From: an uncultured Eubacteriales bacterium
GTDB lineage: Bacteria > Bacillota > Clostridia > Oscillospirales > CAG-272
Direction: 5' to 3'
Length of the DNA: 64,000 nt
Assembly (NCBI GenBank): GCA_900545935.1
Contig: URAP01000007.1
Location: 4,463-68,462 of the forward strand
Part shown: piece after piece, positions 29,668-38,358 of the stretch
How positions within the stretch are numbered: the first letter of the stretch is position 1
How the letters are laid out: each line of letters opens with the position of its first letter
Program-made: the position numbers and the translations under genes
Notes under the pieces: generated by a model
Database searches by the model: none
Told to the model about the DNA's origin: nothing
Seen by the model: the letters and a program-made list of their open reading frames with translations, nothing else

Positions 29668-29710
29668 AAAAAAACACCGCCGTGCTTCGATAATACGAAA
29701 ACCGGCGGTG
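29668..29710 (-). terminator. leader terminator directly upstream of the aro operon start codon
   Basis: Minus strand: CACCGCCG-(20 nt with an inner TTCG/CGAA stem)-CGGCGGTG, then T7. It ends 11 nt before the ATG. Confidence 0.65.
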
Positions 29711-29854
29711 GATATTGCAGTTATCGGTTAACTGAGCAATGTCCATCGCTTGATGTAAAGTAATAGTATCCGCAGCAGCTGAAGCATGTCATTGCATCTG
29801 TTTCCTTTCGATAAAAATACTGTATAACGAATCATAGTCGTTATTTATGCGTGT

Positions 29855-29883
29855 ATTATACATCAACCTACAGCCTTTGTCAA
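29855..29883 (-). promoter_or_regulatory. consensus sigma-A promoter of the aro operon
   Basis: Minus strand: TTGACA (29883-29878), 17 nt spacer, TATAAT (29860-29855). Confidence 0.7.
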
Positions 29884-29961
29884 TAGCACATATTAATAAG
29901 ATATCATTTCGCGCACCCGCTGCTTTAATGCAATATTCGCCCATGCGGCGGCTTTTTTCTA

Positions 29962-29990
29962 TTGACATGGCGGCGGGGCGGTGATATAAT
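29962..29990 (+). promoter_or_regulatory. consensus sigma-A promoter, divergent from the aro promoter
   Basis: TTGACA, 17 nt spacer, TGa-TATAAT. Confidence 0.7.
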
Positions 29991-30036
29991 CAAAATGTAG
30001 GCGCGGATATCTCATTTCCCGCCTGAATTTTTAATT

Positions 30037-30180
30037 GCAGAGTAGGACGTACGCGTGAAGTGCCGTCGGGACGGGGAGTTTGCCTGACGGACGAAAGTCG
30101 AACGGTGTCGGCTGCGATACATTTGTGTCGCGGAGGCTTATCGGTCGGCTGCGGTGTACGCTCCGCATCCCGCTGTTGCG
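30037..30180 (+). promoter_or_regulatory. THF (tetrahydrofolate) riboswitch aptamer
   Basis: GCAGAGUAG-GACGUAC-GCGUGAAGUG-CCGUC..GGGA..GACGG-ACGAA...GCGGUG-UACGCUCC-GCAUCCCGCUGU follows the conserved blocks of the folT-motif THF riboswitch as I remember the Eubacterium siraeum sequence (AGAGUAG, GCGUNAAGUG, GGGA loop, ACGAA, GCGGUG, GCAUCC). P4 is longer than in that example. A FolT-like gene lies downstream. Confidence 0.65.
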
Positions 30181-30397
30181 ATCGAATCAATCGGGACTGT
30201 CGCTTTCAGCGCAGAGCGAGAAGCATAATGTCAGAGGACCGTATAATTTCGTCGGCGATTGACCGACGGCGCGGTGAGGCATACTGCTCTTCGGGCTTTT
30301 TCCGTCGGGCTTCGGCTCGGGAAAATGCGATTTCTGCATCCGAGCGGCGGTCTTTTGGCTTTTTTCGGTCGGGCGGGTCTGTGGAAAGGAACAGACC

Positions 30398-32014
30398 GTG
30401 AAAAAAAACGAAAACGAGCTTGAAAACAATTATGAAGGCGGCGCGCAGACCGCATCCGAGACGGAGGGGGGCATCGCTTCCGACGGTGTATCGGCATATG
30501 ATGCGCCGACGGACGGCAAAACGCCCGGAAACGCCGACGAGACTGTCGGAGACGGCGGTGCAGCCTTGAGTGAAGCATCCGCCGATGCCGAGATGCCGTC
30601 ATGCGGCGGAGAATGCGGCGGCTGCATGGGCTGCGGTATGGCAGATATGCTGCACGTGCCGCGACCGGGAGGACGCAAAGCGGAAAATCCCGCCGAGCGC
30701 AGGGCGCACAGAGCGCTGCTTTTGCGGCGCATGACCTTTTCTGCGGTATTTATCGCGCTTGCCGTGGTAGCAAAGCTGCTGCTCTCATTCCGCATACCGC
30801 TGCTCGGAGCGGACGGACTGCGCGTCAGTCTTGCGGGAGTATTTACCGCTTTTCCCGCGATAGTCTGCGGACCGGTGTACGGTGGTATTGCAAGTGCCTT
30901 ATCCGACCTTATCGGGCATTTTGCAAAGCCGGAGGGCGCATACATACCGTGGCTGACGATCATGGCGTTCGTCGGCGGTGTTATGAAGGGTGTTATATGG
31001 CGCGCGCTCTCGCGTGAGCGTAAGAGCAGGGCGTTCCGAACGGCAGTCATTGTCGTTCTTGCGGCACTCGGTGTGCTCGGCGTCAGTTCGCATATCGCGC
31101 TCGCGAGCGACGGTGTTATCAATTCGCTGACCGTTACCGCATCGGAGCTGCCCACGCGCGGAATGACCGACAGCGCTGAGGCAGAGGATAGGCTCGGCTT
31201 TATTTCAAAAACGGTGATTTCGCTCGCCCGATATAACAATGACGTATTTACGGTGCTCGGTGTGACCGACGGCGCGGAGGTCGTGCTGCCGTCCGAGGCG
31301 GTGCTTGACGGATATCGCCGCCCGGTGACGAAGCTCGGCGCCGGCGCGCTTTCCGAATGCATCGAAATGACACGGCTCGTTATTCCGTCGTCGTATAAGG
31401 CGGCGGGCTTGCCGTCCGACGCACTCGGAGATATTGACGCATCGCGCATTACCATAGTAGGTGAGGATGGGAGCGGTGCGCAGGAATTTGCAGCATCGGT
31501 CGGTGCGGTGTTTGAAGCGTCGGACTCTATCGAGGATGTTACGCTCGAGCTGTCGTCTTCCGGCGGTGTTGCATCAATGACATCGGACGGATATACTGTT
31601 CGAAGCAGCGATACCTTCCGCCGCAATCTTTCCGGCTATATCGCTATCTCCACAATAGGACCGGAGGCGGTCTGCCTTGCCGGACTGCTGTATCTTGTGC
31701 TCGACTCGCTGATAGCAGCGCTCGACCGTCGGCACGGAGTGGGCAAGAGAGGCATACTCACACCCGACTTTGCCCGTATTGCTGTATCTGTAACCTTGTC
31801 GGGGCTGCTTGTCACAACGGTCAATACCAAGATACTTCAGGAGCTGCTCGCCGTATATGCCGGACGCTCGTTTATGATACTTTGGATACCTCGCGCGCTC
31901 GAGGAGCTTGTCGTCTGCATGGTACATTCGTTTATCGTAGCTATGCTGTACGGAGTTTTCCGCCGTACGGCAGGGCATTCCGGGCTCTTTACACCGATCG
32001 GCGGAGAAAAATAA
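30398..32014 (+). CDS. FolT-like ECF transporter S-component with an acidic/Cys-rich N-terminal extension and a ~200 aa insertion between TM helices
   Basis: GTG start with a GAAAGGAA RBS. TM helices have ECF S-component character (FSAVFIALAVVAKLL, GVFTAFPAIVCGPVYGGIASALSDLIGHF, WLTIMAFVGGVMKGVIW). The inserted hydrophilic segment has LRR-like strands (VVLPSEAVLDGY...LGAGALSEC...LVIPSSY). The function call leans on the upstream THF riboswitch. Confidence 0.55.
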   Translation: MKKNENELENNYEGGAQTASETEGGIASDGVSAYDAPTDGKTPGNADETVGDGGAALSEASADAEMPSCGGECGGCMGCGMADMLHVPRPGGRKAENPAERRAHRALLLRRMTFSAVFIALAVVAKLLLSFRIPLLGADGLRVSLAGVFTAFPAIVCGPVYGGIASALSDLIGHFAKPEGAYIPWLTIMAFVGGVMKGVIWRALSRERKSRAFRTAVIVVLAALGVLGVSSHIALASDGVINSLTVTASELPTRGMTDSAEAEDRLGFISKTVISLARYNNDVFTVLGVTDGAEVVLPSEAVLDGYRRPVTKLGAGALSECIEMTRLVIPSSYKAAGLPSDALGDIDASRITIVGEDGSGAQEFAASVGAVFEASDSIEDVTLELSSSGGVASMTSDGYTVRSSDTFRRNLSGYIAISTIGPEAVCLAGLLYLVLDSLIAALDRRHGVGKRGILTPDFARIAVSVTLSGLLVTTVNTKILQELLAVYAGRSFMILWIPRALEELVVCMVHSFIVAMLYGVFRRTAGHSGLFTPIGGEK

Positions 32015-32103
32015 CCGTCGGAAAATAACCCTGGCCGAATCTGCAAAAGAACGTAGCCGGGAAAACTCATAAACATAATCTAAAAAAATATTCCGGAATT
32101 GGT

Positions 32104-33324
32104 GTGAAAAATATGACAGAACAACAGATACTTCAGGCGCGTGCAGCATCGCGCATATACGAGCATGACGGCGAAGCGCTGTTATTTGACGCGACCGTTC
32201 TGTCGGTCGAAGGGATCGACGGCGGCTATGCGATAGAGCTTGACCGTACTGCTTTTTTTCCCGGCGGCGGCGGTCAGAGCGCCGATACCGGTGTCCTGTG
32301 CTTCGGCAGTACCGAGCTGCGTGTCTCGACATGTGAGCGCGGCGGGACGGTCGTATGTATTTCCGGACTGCCGATACCGGTCGGTACTGCTGTTACAGGC
32401 AAGGTAGACGCGCGTCCGCGCCTGTCGCGCATGCAGAGCCATACCGGAGAGCATATTATCTCCGGTATCGCGCATCGGATGTTCGGCTGCGAGAATCGCG
32501 GCTTTCATATGTCGGAAAATGAGGACGGTACTGTTTGCTTTTTTACCGTTGATACCGACCGCGAGCTTACCGAGGAGAACATCCGTGATATAGAAACGGC
32601 GGCAAATGAGGTGATAATGCGCAATATTCCGGTCGTCTGCCGTTTCCCGCTCCGCTCTGAGCTCGGTACCATCGACTATCGCTCGAAAAAGGAGCTGAGC
32701 GGTCCGGTTCGGCTTGTCGGTATCGAGAGCGTGGATCTGTGCGCCTGCTGTGCGCCGCATTTCTCACGTACAGGCAGCGTCGGCGCGCTGCGTATAACTG
32801 ACAGCATGCGCTATAAGGGAGGTATGCGCTTGACTGCGACTGCGGGTATGGCGGCACTGTTCGACGAGCGGCAAAAGTTCGGACAGCTTGCGCTTATCTC
32901 GCGCTCGCTCTCGGTAAAGCAGCAGGAGGCTGCCGCCGGAGTAGCGCGCCTCAGACAGGAGCTCGAGGCTGAAAAAAACAGGGCATCGGTACTTGAAATG
33001 CGTCTGTCAGAGCTTATCGCAGAGCATGCACACTGCGGTGTTGTATTCGAGCCGTCTCTCAGCCTCGCCGCACGCAAGCATACGGCTCAGGCGCTCGCAC
33101 GGCGGCTTGACGGTATAGGCGCGGTGCTCAGCGGCAGTGACGACACGGGCTATGATTACGTTATCGCACTGCCCGAGGGTCGGAGCGGCCTGCGCGCACT
33201 CGCACAGCAGCTCCGTACGCTCGGCGGCGGCGGAGGTGGGAGCGAGGAGCTTATCAGCGGCAGGATAAATGCGAGCCGTGATGAGATCTTAGCCTCGGGC
33301 TTTCTTCCGTATAAGGACAGCTAA
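32104..33324 (+). CDS. alanyl-tRNA editing protein (AlaX-L type: tRNA_SAD plus DHHA1-like C-terminus)
   Basis: HTGEHIISG (HxxxH) and CACCAPH (CxxxH) zinc motifs of the AlaRS editing domain. ATG 32113 is an alternative start. Confidence 0.7.
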   Translation: MKNMTEQQILQARAASRIYEHDGEALLFDATVLSVEGIDGGYAIELDRTAFFPGGGGQSADTGVLCFGSTELRVSTCERGGTVVCISGLPIPVGTAVTGKVDARPRLSRMQSHTGEHIISGIAHRMFGCENRGFHMSENEDGTVCFFTVDTDRELTEENIRDIETAANEVIMRNIPVVCRFPLRSELGTIDYRSKKELSGPVRLVGIESVDLCACCAPHFSRTGSVGALRITDSMRYKGGMRLTATAGMAALFDERQKFGQLALISRSLSVKQQEAAAGVARLRQELEAEKNRASVLEMRLSELIAEHAHCGVVFEPSLSLAARKHTAQALARRLDGIGAVLSGSDDTGYDYVIALPEGRSGLRALAQQLRTLGGGGGGSEELISGRINASRDEILASGFLPYKDS

Positions 33325-33360
33325 GGCATGAAATGATTTTCTGCACGAAAATACATAACA

Positions 33361-33446
33361 AATAAGAACACCCGAACGCGGAGTGATATGTGTCAGGAAA
33401 ACCGGGTACATATCAGAGAATGTAACTGCGTTCGGGTGTTCTTATT
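33361..33446. repeat. 86-nt extended hairpin between convergent genes (probable bidirectional terminator)
   Basis: A perfect 19-bp inverted repeat, AATAAGAACACCCGAACGC / GCGTTCGGGTGTTCTTATT, encloses a second stem (TGATATGT/ACATATCA). T-rich sequence follows. Confidence 0.6.
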
Positions 33447-33531
33447 TGTGTTGTTTTATTATTCCGATTGCAGAGCATGACGCATGCTCCCGCAAATTGT
33501 AAGGCATAGTGCATACTCTCGGCGGACGGCT

Positions 33532-35058
33532 TTATCTTCTTCTGCCGTCTCTGCGTATTCGGCTCTCGCCGTAGTCTCGGTCGCTGTGATAAGCAAACGG
33601 CCCCTCGGGCTGCGGCGGGCGCTGTGCGGATTGTCTCTGCCGTACCGCCTGTCCCTGCGAGGGGAGTGCCGTGCGTGCGGACCGACGCTGTACGGGAGTT
33701 GTATTTTGAATCCCGCGAGACGCTTGTCCCGACCGTGCGGTCTGTGCCGGCTGAACGGACGGCGCGCGGCGCGGAACGGTGATATCGGATGCGGATACTT
33801 GTCTGCTTTGTGCTGCTCCGTTCGATTGAGCGCTCCTTGCATTGCCGGCACTGCCCGCGCGTCTGCGCGCGAGCAGTATACGCTGCAGCTCCTCCGGAGT
33901 TTGTGTCTCTGCCATTGCGGGGGCTGAGACTGCTTTTTCGGCGGTGGGAGCTGTTGTGCGAGCAGAAGTTGCTGCGGGCGCTGCAGATGCCTTTGCCTGA
34001 GAGGCGGATGATCCGAGAGATGCTAAGGCTGAGCTTGCGCGGATGGCAGAACGCGATGACGAGTCTCTGCGTGTCGATTCATCGGAGACTAACACGGTCC
34101 TTGTATTACCGTTTTCTTTTCCTCTGCCGACGGCTCCGACGGATCTTTTGTCGGTTCGCTCCGCCGCTCCGGCGGACTGTGATATGCTTTTTGCCGATCC
34201 GACGAAATTTGCCGTGCCGGCAGCGGAGGTATCGCGCGGCGCAATCGACGAGCCATCAAGATTCTCGGTGCCGGTGTCCTCTGCCGGAGTCCGCATAGCG
34301 CGAACGAGGAAGATAACGACCGTTACGATTGCTGCGGCTATTATTGCGAGCAGCATATAGGGCAGTATCCCGCGCTCGCTGCCTTGAGCCTCGGTCTGCG
34401 TATCGGTGCTGCCGGATATCATGGCGGAGGAGCCGGAGGTCGGAGAGGGATTGACCCCGTACAGCGCACACAGCTTTCCGTACAAGGCGTCAAACAGCGC
34501 CTTTGTACCAACGCTGTATTCGCCTGCGGCAAAGCACGGCTCGAAGATGCTGTCGAGCATCGTTCTCAGCGACGAGACGGGCAGAGTGCTCTCAAGTCCG
34601 CTCCCTTTTGTCAGCCAATAGTTGCCGTCGTCTATTGCCATAAGCAGCAGGACACCGTTGTCCTTATTTTTATCGCCTATTTCGCGGTCGAGAAAATAGC
34701 GCTCTGCGTATCGGTCGATGGGTTCGCCGTTTAGACTGCGCGTTATGGCAATAACTATCTGAGCTCCGGTCAGCTTACACAGCGCATCGGAGCGTGAGCG
34801 GATATATTCACAGGTATCGCTGTCAATCACTCCCGAGGCATCGTCGACGTAGCCGTTCGGAGCATTGACCGCGCCGATCGGTAATGCCGCCGATATTGCG
34901 AGCAGCAGTGCGAGAATGATTGAAAGCAGAGGTACGGCGCGGCGCGCAGCGAGCTTTCGGTATGTAATTGCCGCTTGTGCGGTGCTGCTTGCGCTCGGTA
35001 AGCAGCATGCGCTGCGGTTGCCTGCCGATGGGTAAAGCCATGTATGACGGTGTTTCAA
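33532..35058 (-). CDS. TPM-domain protein with a TM helix and a long disordered basic/Ala/Ser-rich tail
   Basis: YVDDASGVIDSDT...LTGAQIVIAI...DNGVLLLMAIDD...GSGLE matches the TPM_phosphatase pattern. Followed by a TM helix (LLAIIAAAIVTVVIFLV) and a low-complexity C-terminus. Confidence 0.7.
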   Translation of the reverse strand: MKHRHTWLYPSAGNRSACCLPSASSTAQAAITYRKLAARRAVPLLSIILALLLAISAALPIGAVNAPNGYVDDASGVIDSDTCEYIRSRSDALCKLTGAQIVIAITRSLNGEPIDRYAERYFLDREIGDKNKDNGVLLLMAIDDGNYWLTKGSGLESTLPVSSLRTMLDSIFEPCFAAGEYSVGTKALFDALYGKLCALYGVNPSPTSGSSAMISGSTDTQTEAQGSERGILPYMLLAIIAAAIVTVVIFLVRAMRTPAEDTGTENLDGSSIAPRDTSAAGTANFVGSAKSISQSAGAAERTDKRSVGAVGRGKENGNTRTVLVSDESTRRDSSSRSAIRASSALASLGSSASQAKASAAPAATSARTTAPTAEKAVSAPAMAETQTPEELQRILLARRRAGSAGNARSAQSNGAAQSRQVSASDITVPRRAPSVQPAQTARSGQASRGIQNTTPVQRRSARTALPSQGQAVRQRQSAQRPPQPEGPFAYHSDRDYGESRIRRDGRRR

Positions 35059-35312
35059 TTAAGTTTCCTCTTTTTAACGCTATGTTTGTTGTGAACGGAT
35101 CATTGCTCTTTGGCGGAGCGGAAGATGTCCGTGCACATCCCGTTTGATTCTTCTCCCGAATATTATACCCTATATTAGCCGTCGATGCAAGAATTATTTG
35201 TCGAACCGCTCGTTTTTTGTTTATTATCGTTTCGGAGGCAAAGAAGTGCATTCGAGACAAAAAAATAATTATGAATTTTCTGTTATTTATAACAATATAT
35301 CATCCGTACGGC

Positions 35313-35342
35313 TTGACAAATTGTACGTAAATATGATAAAAT
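35313..35342 (+). promoter_or_regulatory. sigma-A type promoter
   Basis: TTGACA, 18 nt spacer, TGa-TAAAAT. Confidence 0.5.
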
Positions 35343-35450
35343 AAAACGAAAGGTTATGCCAAGCGGTGATATTTCACCGAAAAACGGCGGCGATATATCG
35401 CCGACAGATATTGAAGAACGGACAGCAGGCTGCGGCCATGCCGACGGCAT

Positions 35451-36275
35451 GTGAGACGGAAGAAGAGTATGCAAGACAGCGGGAGCAGAAAAACGAAAAT
35501 AATAACCGTGACGAGCTTAAAGGGCGGAGTGGGAAAATCCACGGTCACGGCGAATCTCGGATATTCGCTTGCGCTGCGCGGAAAGCAGACGCTCGTTATC
35601 GACTGCGACTTCAATATACGTAATCTTGATCTGATAATGGGGCTTGAGGATAGGGTCGTGTACGATTTCGGCGACGCTGTCCGAGGAAGCGTCAAGGCGG
35701 AAAAGGCGGTTATCCGCGACCCGCGCAGCGAGTATCTCTCTATGTGCGCAGCGCCGTATACCGATTTTCAGATACCGTCGGAGCAGTCATTCAGCGCGGT
35801 GATAGACGAGCTATCGTCCTCCGGACGGTATGACTTTATCGTTATTGATACTCCCGGCGATTCCGGCACGGTGATGAAGCTCGCGGTCGGATGCTCAGAT
35901 GTCGCCATTATCGTCACAACGCATAATCCCGCGTCGCTTCGTGCGGCTGAGCGTACCGGAGCGCTTGTACAAAGCTTCGGCGCACGGGAGAGCTTTCTCG
36001 TGATAAATAATTTTTCTTACAGCGAGACAAAGCTCGGATATTTTCCCGGCATTCTGTCGGTAATCGACAGAGCCGGCATCGGGCTGCTCGGCATTATTCC
36101 GGACGATGAGACGATACAGCGCTATCAGGAGGACGGAATACTTGTTGCGCAGACCGGACTTGTGGAATGCAAGGCTGCGTTTACCAACATTGCCGCTCGC
36201 ATATGCGGCGAGGATGTACCGCTTTTTGCGGGCTTTCCGAAAAAGGCTGCGCGGAAGTACCTCGCGGCGCTTTGA
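35451..36275 (+). CDS. MinD/ParA-family P-loop ATPase (orphan; no minC/minE or parB adjacent)
   Basis: Deviant Walker A (SLKGGVGKST), VIDCD, and VIDTPG. ATG 35469 is an alternative start. Confidence 0.8.
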   Translation: MRRKKSMQDSGSRKTKIITVTSLKGGVGKSTVTANLGYSLALRGKQTLVIDCDFNIRNLDLIMGLEDRVVYDFGDAVRGSVKAEKAVIRDPRSEYLSMCAAPYTDFQIPSEQSFSAVIDELSSSGRYDFIVIDTPGDSGTVMKLAVGCSDVAIIVTTHNPASLRAAERTGALVQSFGARESFLVINNFSYSETKLGYFPGILSVIDRAGIGLLGIIPDDETIQRYQEDGILVAQTGLVECKAAFTNIAARICGEDVPLFAGFPKKAARKYLAAL

Positions 36276-36358
36276 TCCTATGCGGCTCAGACAGTGCCGA
36301 TTTTTTACTGCCTTCACTTTTATTTTAAATCATAACCGAAAGGATAAAGGTATATATC

Positions 36359-36871
36359 ATGCAAATCGCTCTCATAGCCGACGACCAGAAGAAAGAACTT
36401 CTCAATCAATTCTGTATCGCATATTGCGGAATTCTGTCAAAGCAGAGAATATGCGCGACAAGCAGAACGGGCAAAAGCGTAGCCGAAGCTACGGGACTTG
36501 ATGTTGAGTGCCTCCTGCCTGCATCACACGGCGGTGTTCAGCAGATATCCTCGCGCGTTTCGTACGATGAGGTGGATATCGTTATCTTTTTCCGTGATTC
36601 TTCGATCGAGTCCTCTACCAACGAGATAGCACTCGACCTGCTTCGTCTGTGCGACATTCACAATGTACCCGTCGCTACAAATATTGCCTCTGCGGAGGTG
36701 ATTATCCGCGGTCTCGAGCGCGGTGATATCGATTGGCGCGAACTCGTCAACCCCAAGAGCGATTTCAATCTCCGCCGTCGTGCTATCCGCGAGATGGAGG
36801 AGGCAAGAGCTGCAAGAGAGGCGGATAAGCGTCGCCGCGAGTCCAAGAGATCCAAGAAAACCGGACTTTGA
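36359..36871 (+). CDS. methylglyoxal-synthase-like (MGS fold) protein lacking the catalytic residues, with a basic C-terminal tail
   Basis: MQIALIADDQKK...ATSRTG...GGVQQI...VIFFRD...VPVATN aligns by eye to MgsA. The positions of His19, Asp71, His98 and Asp101 read D, V, T/S and I/E. Confidence 0.7.
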   Translation: MQIALIADDQKKELLNQFCIAYCGILSKQRICATSRTGKSVAEATGLDVECLLPASHGGVQQISSRVSYDEVDIVIFFRDSSIESSTNEIALDLLRLCDIHNVPVATNIASAEVIIRGLERGDIDWRELVNPKSDFNLRRRAIREMEEARAAREADKRRRESKRSKKTGL

Positions 36872-37145
36872 TAGACTCTGATTTTGTTTCTGTTTCTGCT
36901 TCTGCTTGCTTTTTGAACAGCCTCTTTGCAGAGAGCGCTCGGCGCTGTATTTCGAAGAAAAAACGGCAGCGGTAATAACGGCATCATAACAGCGTGACGG
37001 TATAATTACGGCAAAAAAATTGTCTGTCGATATGCATTAAGCGACATGATATTACGGGTGTCCGACGGATGCCCGTTTTTTTCTTTTGCCATGGTCGCGG
37101 AGAAATGATTCGGTATAAAATCGGTATAAAATAAGATGGTAATAC

Positions 37146-37179
37146 AAAAAACGAGCTGTCGCGCGACAGCTCGTTTTTT
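37146..37179. terminator. bidirectional intrinsic terminator
   Basis: A6, then ACGAGCTGTCGC/GCGACAGCTCGT (perfect 12-bp palindrome), then T6. Confidence 0.8.
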
Positions 37180-37273
37180 CGGTATTATGACTATAATCGT
37201 GCCTTTGGTATATGTGTGCGTATCTGCGGCGGCACGGGTCTTCGCTTCCCGACGGCATACAGTATCAAATCCG

Positions 37274-38341
37274 TTATCGTTTCTGAATACCCTCATCGGT
37301 TATAAAAGCGGTTATCAGCGAGTGATCGGTTATGTCAAATGCGGGATTGTATGCCTTTGCATGCTCCGGCATCAGATCCTCACGAAAATAGAGACCGCCT
37401 ATTTCGTCAGCATCGCGCAGCTCTACCGGAATATCATCTCCGGTTGCCGCATTCGGGTCAAATGTCGAGCGCGGCGCGGCGACATAGAAGGGAATACCGT
37501 AGTATTTCGCGAGTATCGCAACTACGCTCGTGCCTATTTTGTTTGCCGTATCGCCGTTTGCTGCAATGCGGTCTGCGCCTACGATCACCGCATCTATCAG
37601 TCCCTGCTTCATGACCGAGCCGACCATATTGTCGCATATAACGGTCGTGTTGATGCCCGCCTCGCTCAGCTCGAATGCCGAGAGACGCATACCCTGCAGC
37701 AGCGGGCGAGTCTCATCGGTATAAACGCGGAAATCATAGCCTCGCTCTGCACCGAGGTGTATCGGTGCAAGTGCCGTTCCGTAGCGTACGGCAGCAAGCT
37801 GACCTGCGTTACAGTGGGTCAGAATGCCGTTTCCGGGCTTCAGGAGAGACAGACCGTTTTCTGCTATCCTGCGGCAGGAGGCTATGTCCTCATCGCGTAT
37901 ACGAATCGCTTCGGCACGCATTCCCGCCGTTATCTCGCGCGGGCTCTCGTCGGCGAGCGAAGCGGCGCGCGCATACATGCGGTCGAGTGCCCAAAAGAGA
38001 TTGACCGCTGTCGGACGCGAGGAGGCAAGATAATCCCTTTCTTCCGCGATATGACCGAGCATAGCCGATGATGTGATATCCGGCTCCTGCGTCAACTTGC
38101 GGTGTGCCGCGATATACAGACCGATCGCCGCAGCTACGCCGATAGCGGGCGCACCGCGCACGCGCAGGCTCTTTATCGCCTCGAAAATCTCATATCGCTC
38201 ACTCAAATGCAGCAGTTTCAGCCGACGCGGCAGCTCTGTCTGATCTATTATTACCAGTTCTTCGCCCTCAAGCGCTACCGTGTCCGGCAGAGCGGTGTGC
38301 CGTGCTGTGGCAGCAGTCGTTTCATGGTTCATATTCTGCAT
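37274..38341 (-). CDS. mtnA: S-methyl-5-thioribose-1-phosphate isomerase
   Basis: LRVRGAPAIGVAAA, THCNAGQLA, ETRPLLQG and VIVGADRIAANGDTANKIGT. Confidence 0.85.
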   Translation of the reverse strand: MQNMNHETTAATARHTALPDTVALEGEELVIIDQTELPRRLKLLHLSERYEIFEAIKSLRVRGAPAIGVAAAIGLYIAAHRKLTQEPDITSSAMLGHIAEERDYLASSRPTAVNLFWALDRMYARAASLADESPREITAGMRAEAIRIRDEDIASCRRIAENGLSLLKPGNGILTHCNAGQLAAVRYGTALAPIHLGAERGYDFRVYTDETRPLLQGMRLSAFELSEAGINTTVICDNMVGSVMKQGLIDAVIVGADRIAANGDTANKIGTSVVAILAKYYGIPFYVAAPRSTFDPNAATGDDIPVELRDADEIGGLYFREDLMPEHAKAYNPAFDITDHSLITAFITDEGIQKR

Positions 38342-38358
38342 ATCATATATCGCGTATA

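Noticed and set aside
29658-29860. T-box riboswitch, or a leader-peptide attenuator, for the aro operon
   Set aside because: I found no T-box core (GGUGGNACCGCG-like) 5' of the terminator and no obvious specifier-loop/AGAGA architecture. The only leader ORF (ATG ATT CGT TAT ..., 37 codons) lacks an RBS and is not enriched in Phe/Tyr/Trp codons. The attenuator call is kept, but the mechanism is left unassigned.
30060-30401. 113-aa ORF upstream of the FolT-like gene
   Set aside because: It overlaps the THF riboswitch aptamer and leader, has no RBS and has an Arg/Ser/Cys-rich translation. I treat the region as 5' UTR.
35451-36275. Canonical minD of a minCDE system
   Set aside because: No minC or minE is adjacent and the C-terminus is not a clear MinD membrane-targeting helix. 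It is called only as a MinD/ParA-family ATPase.
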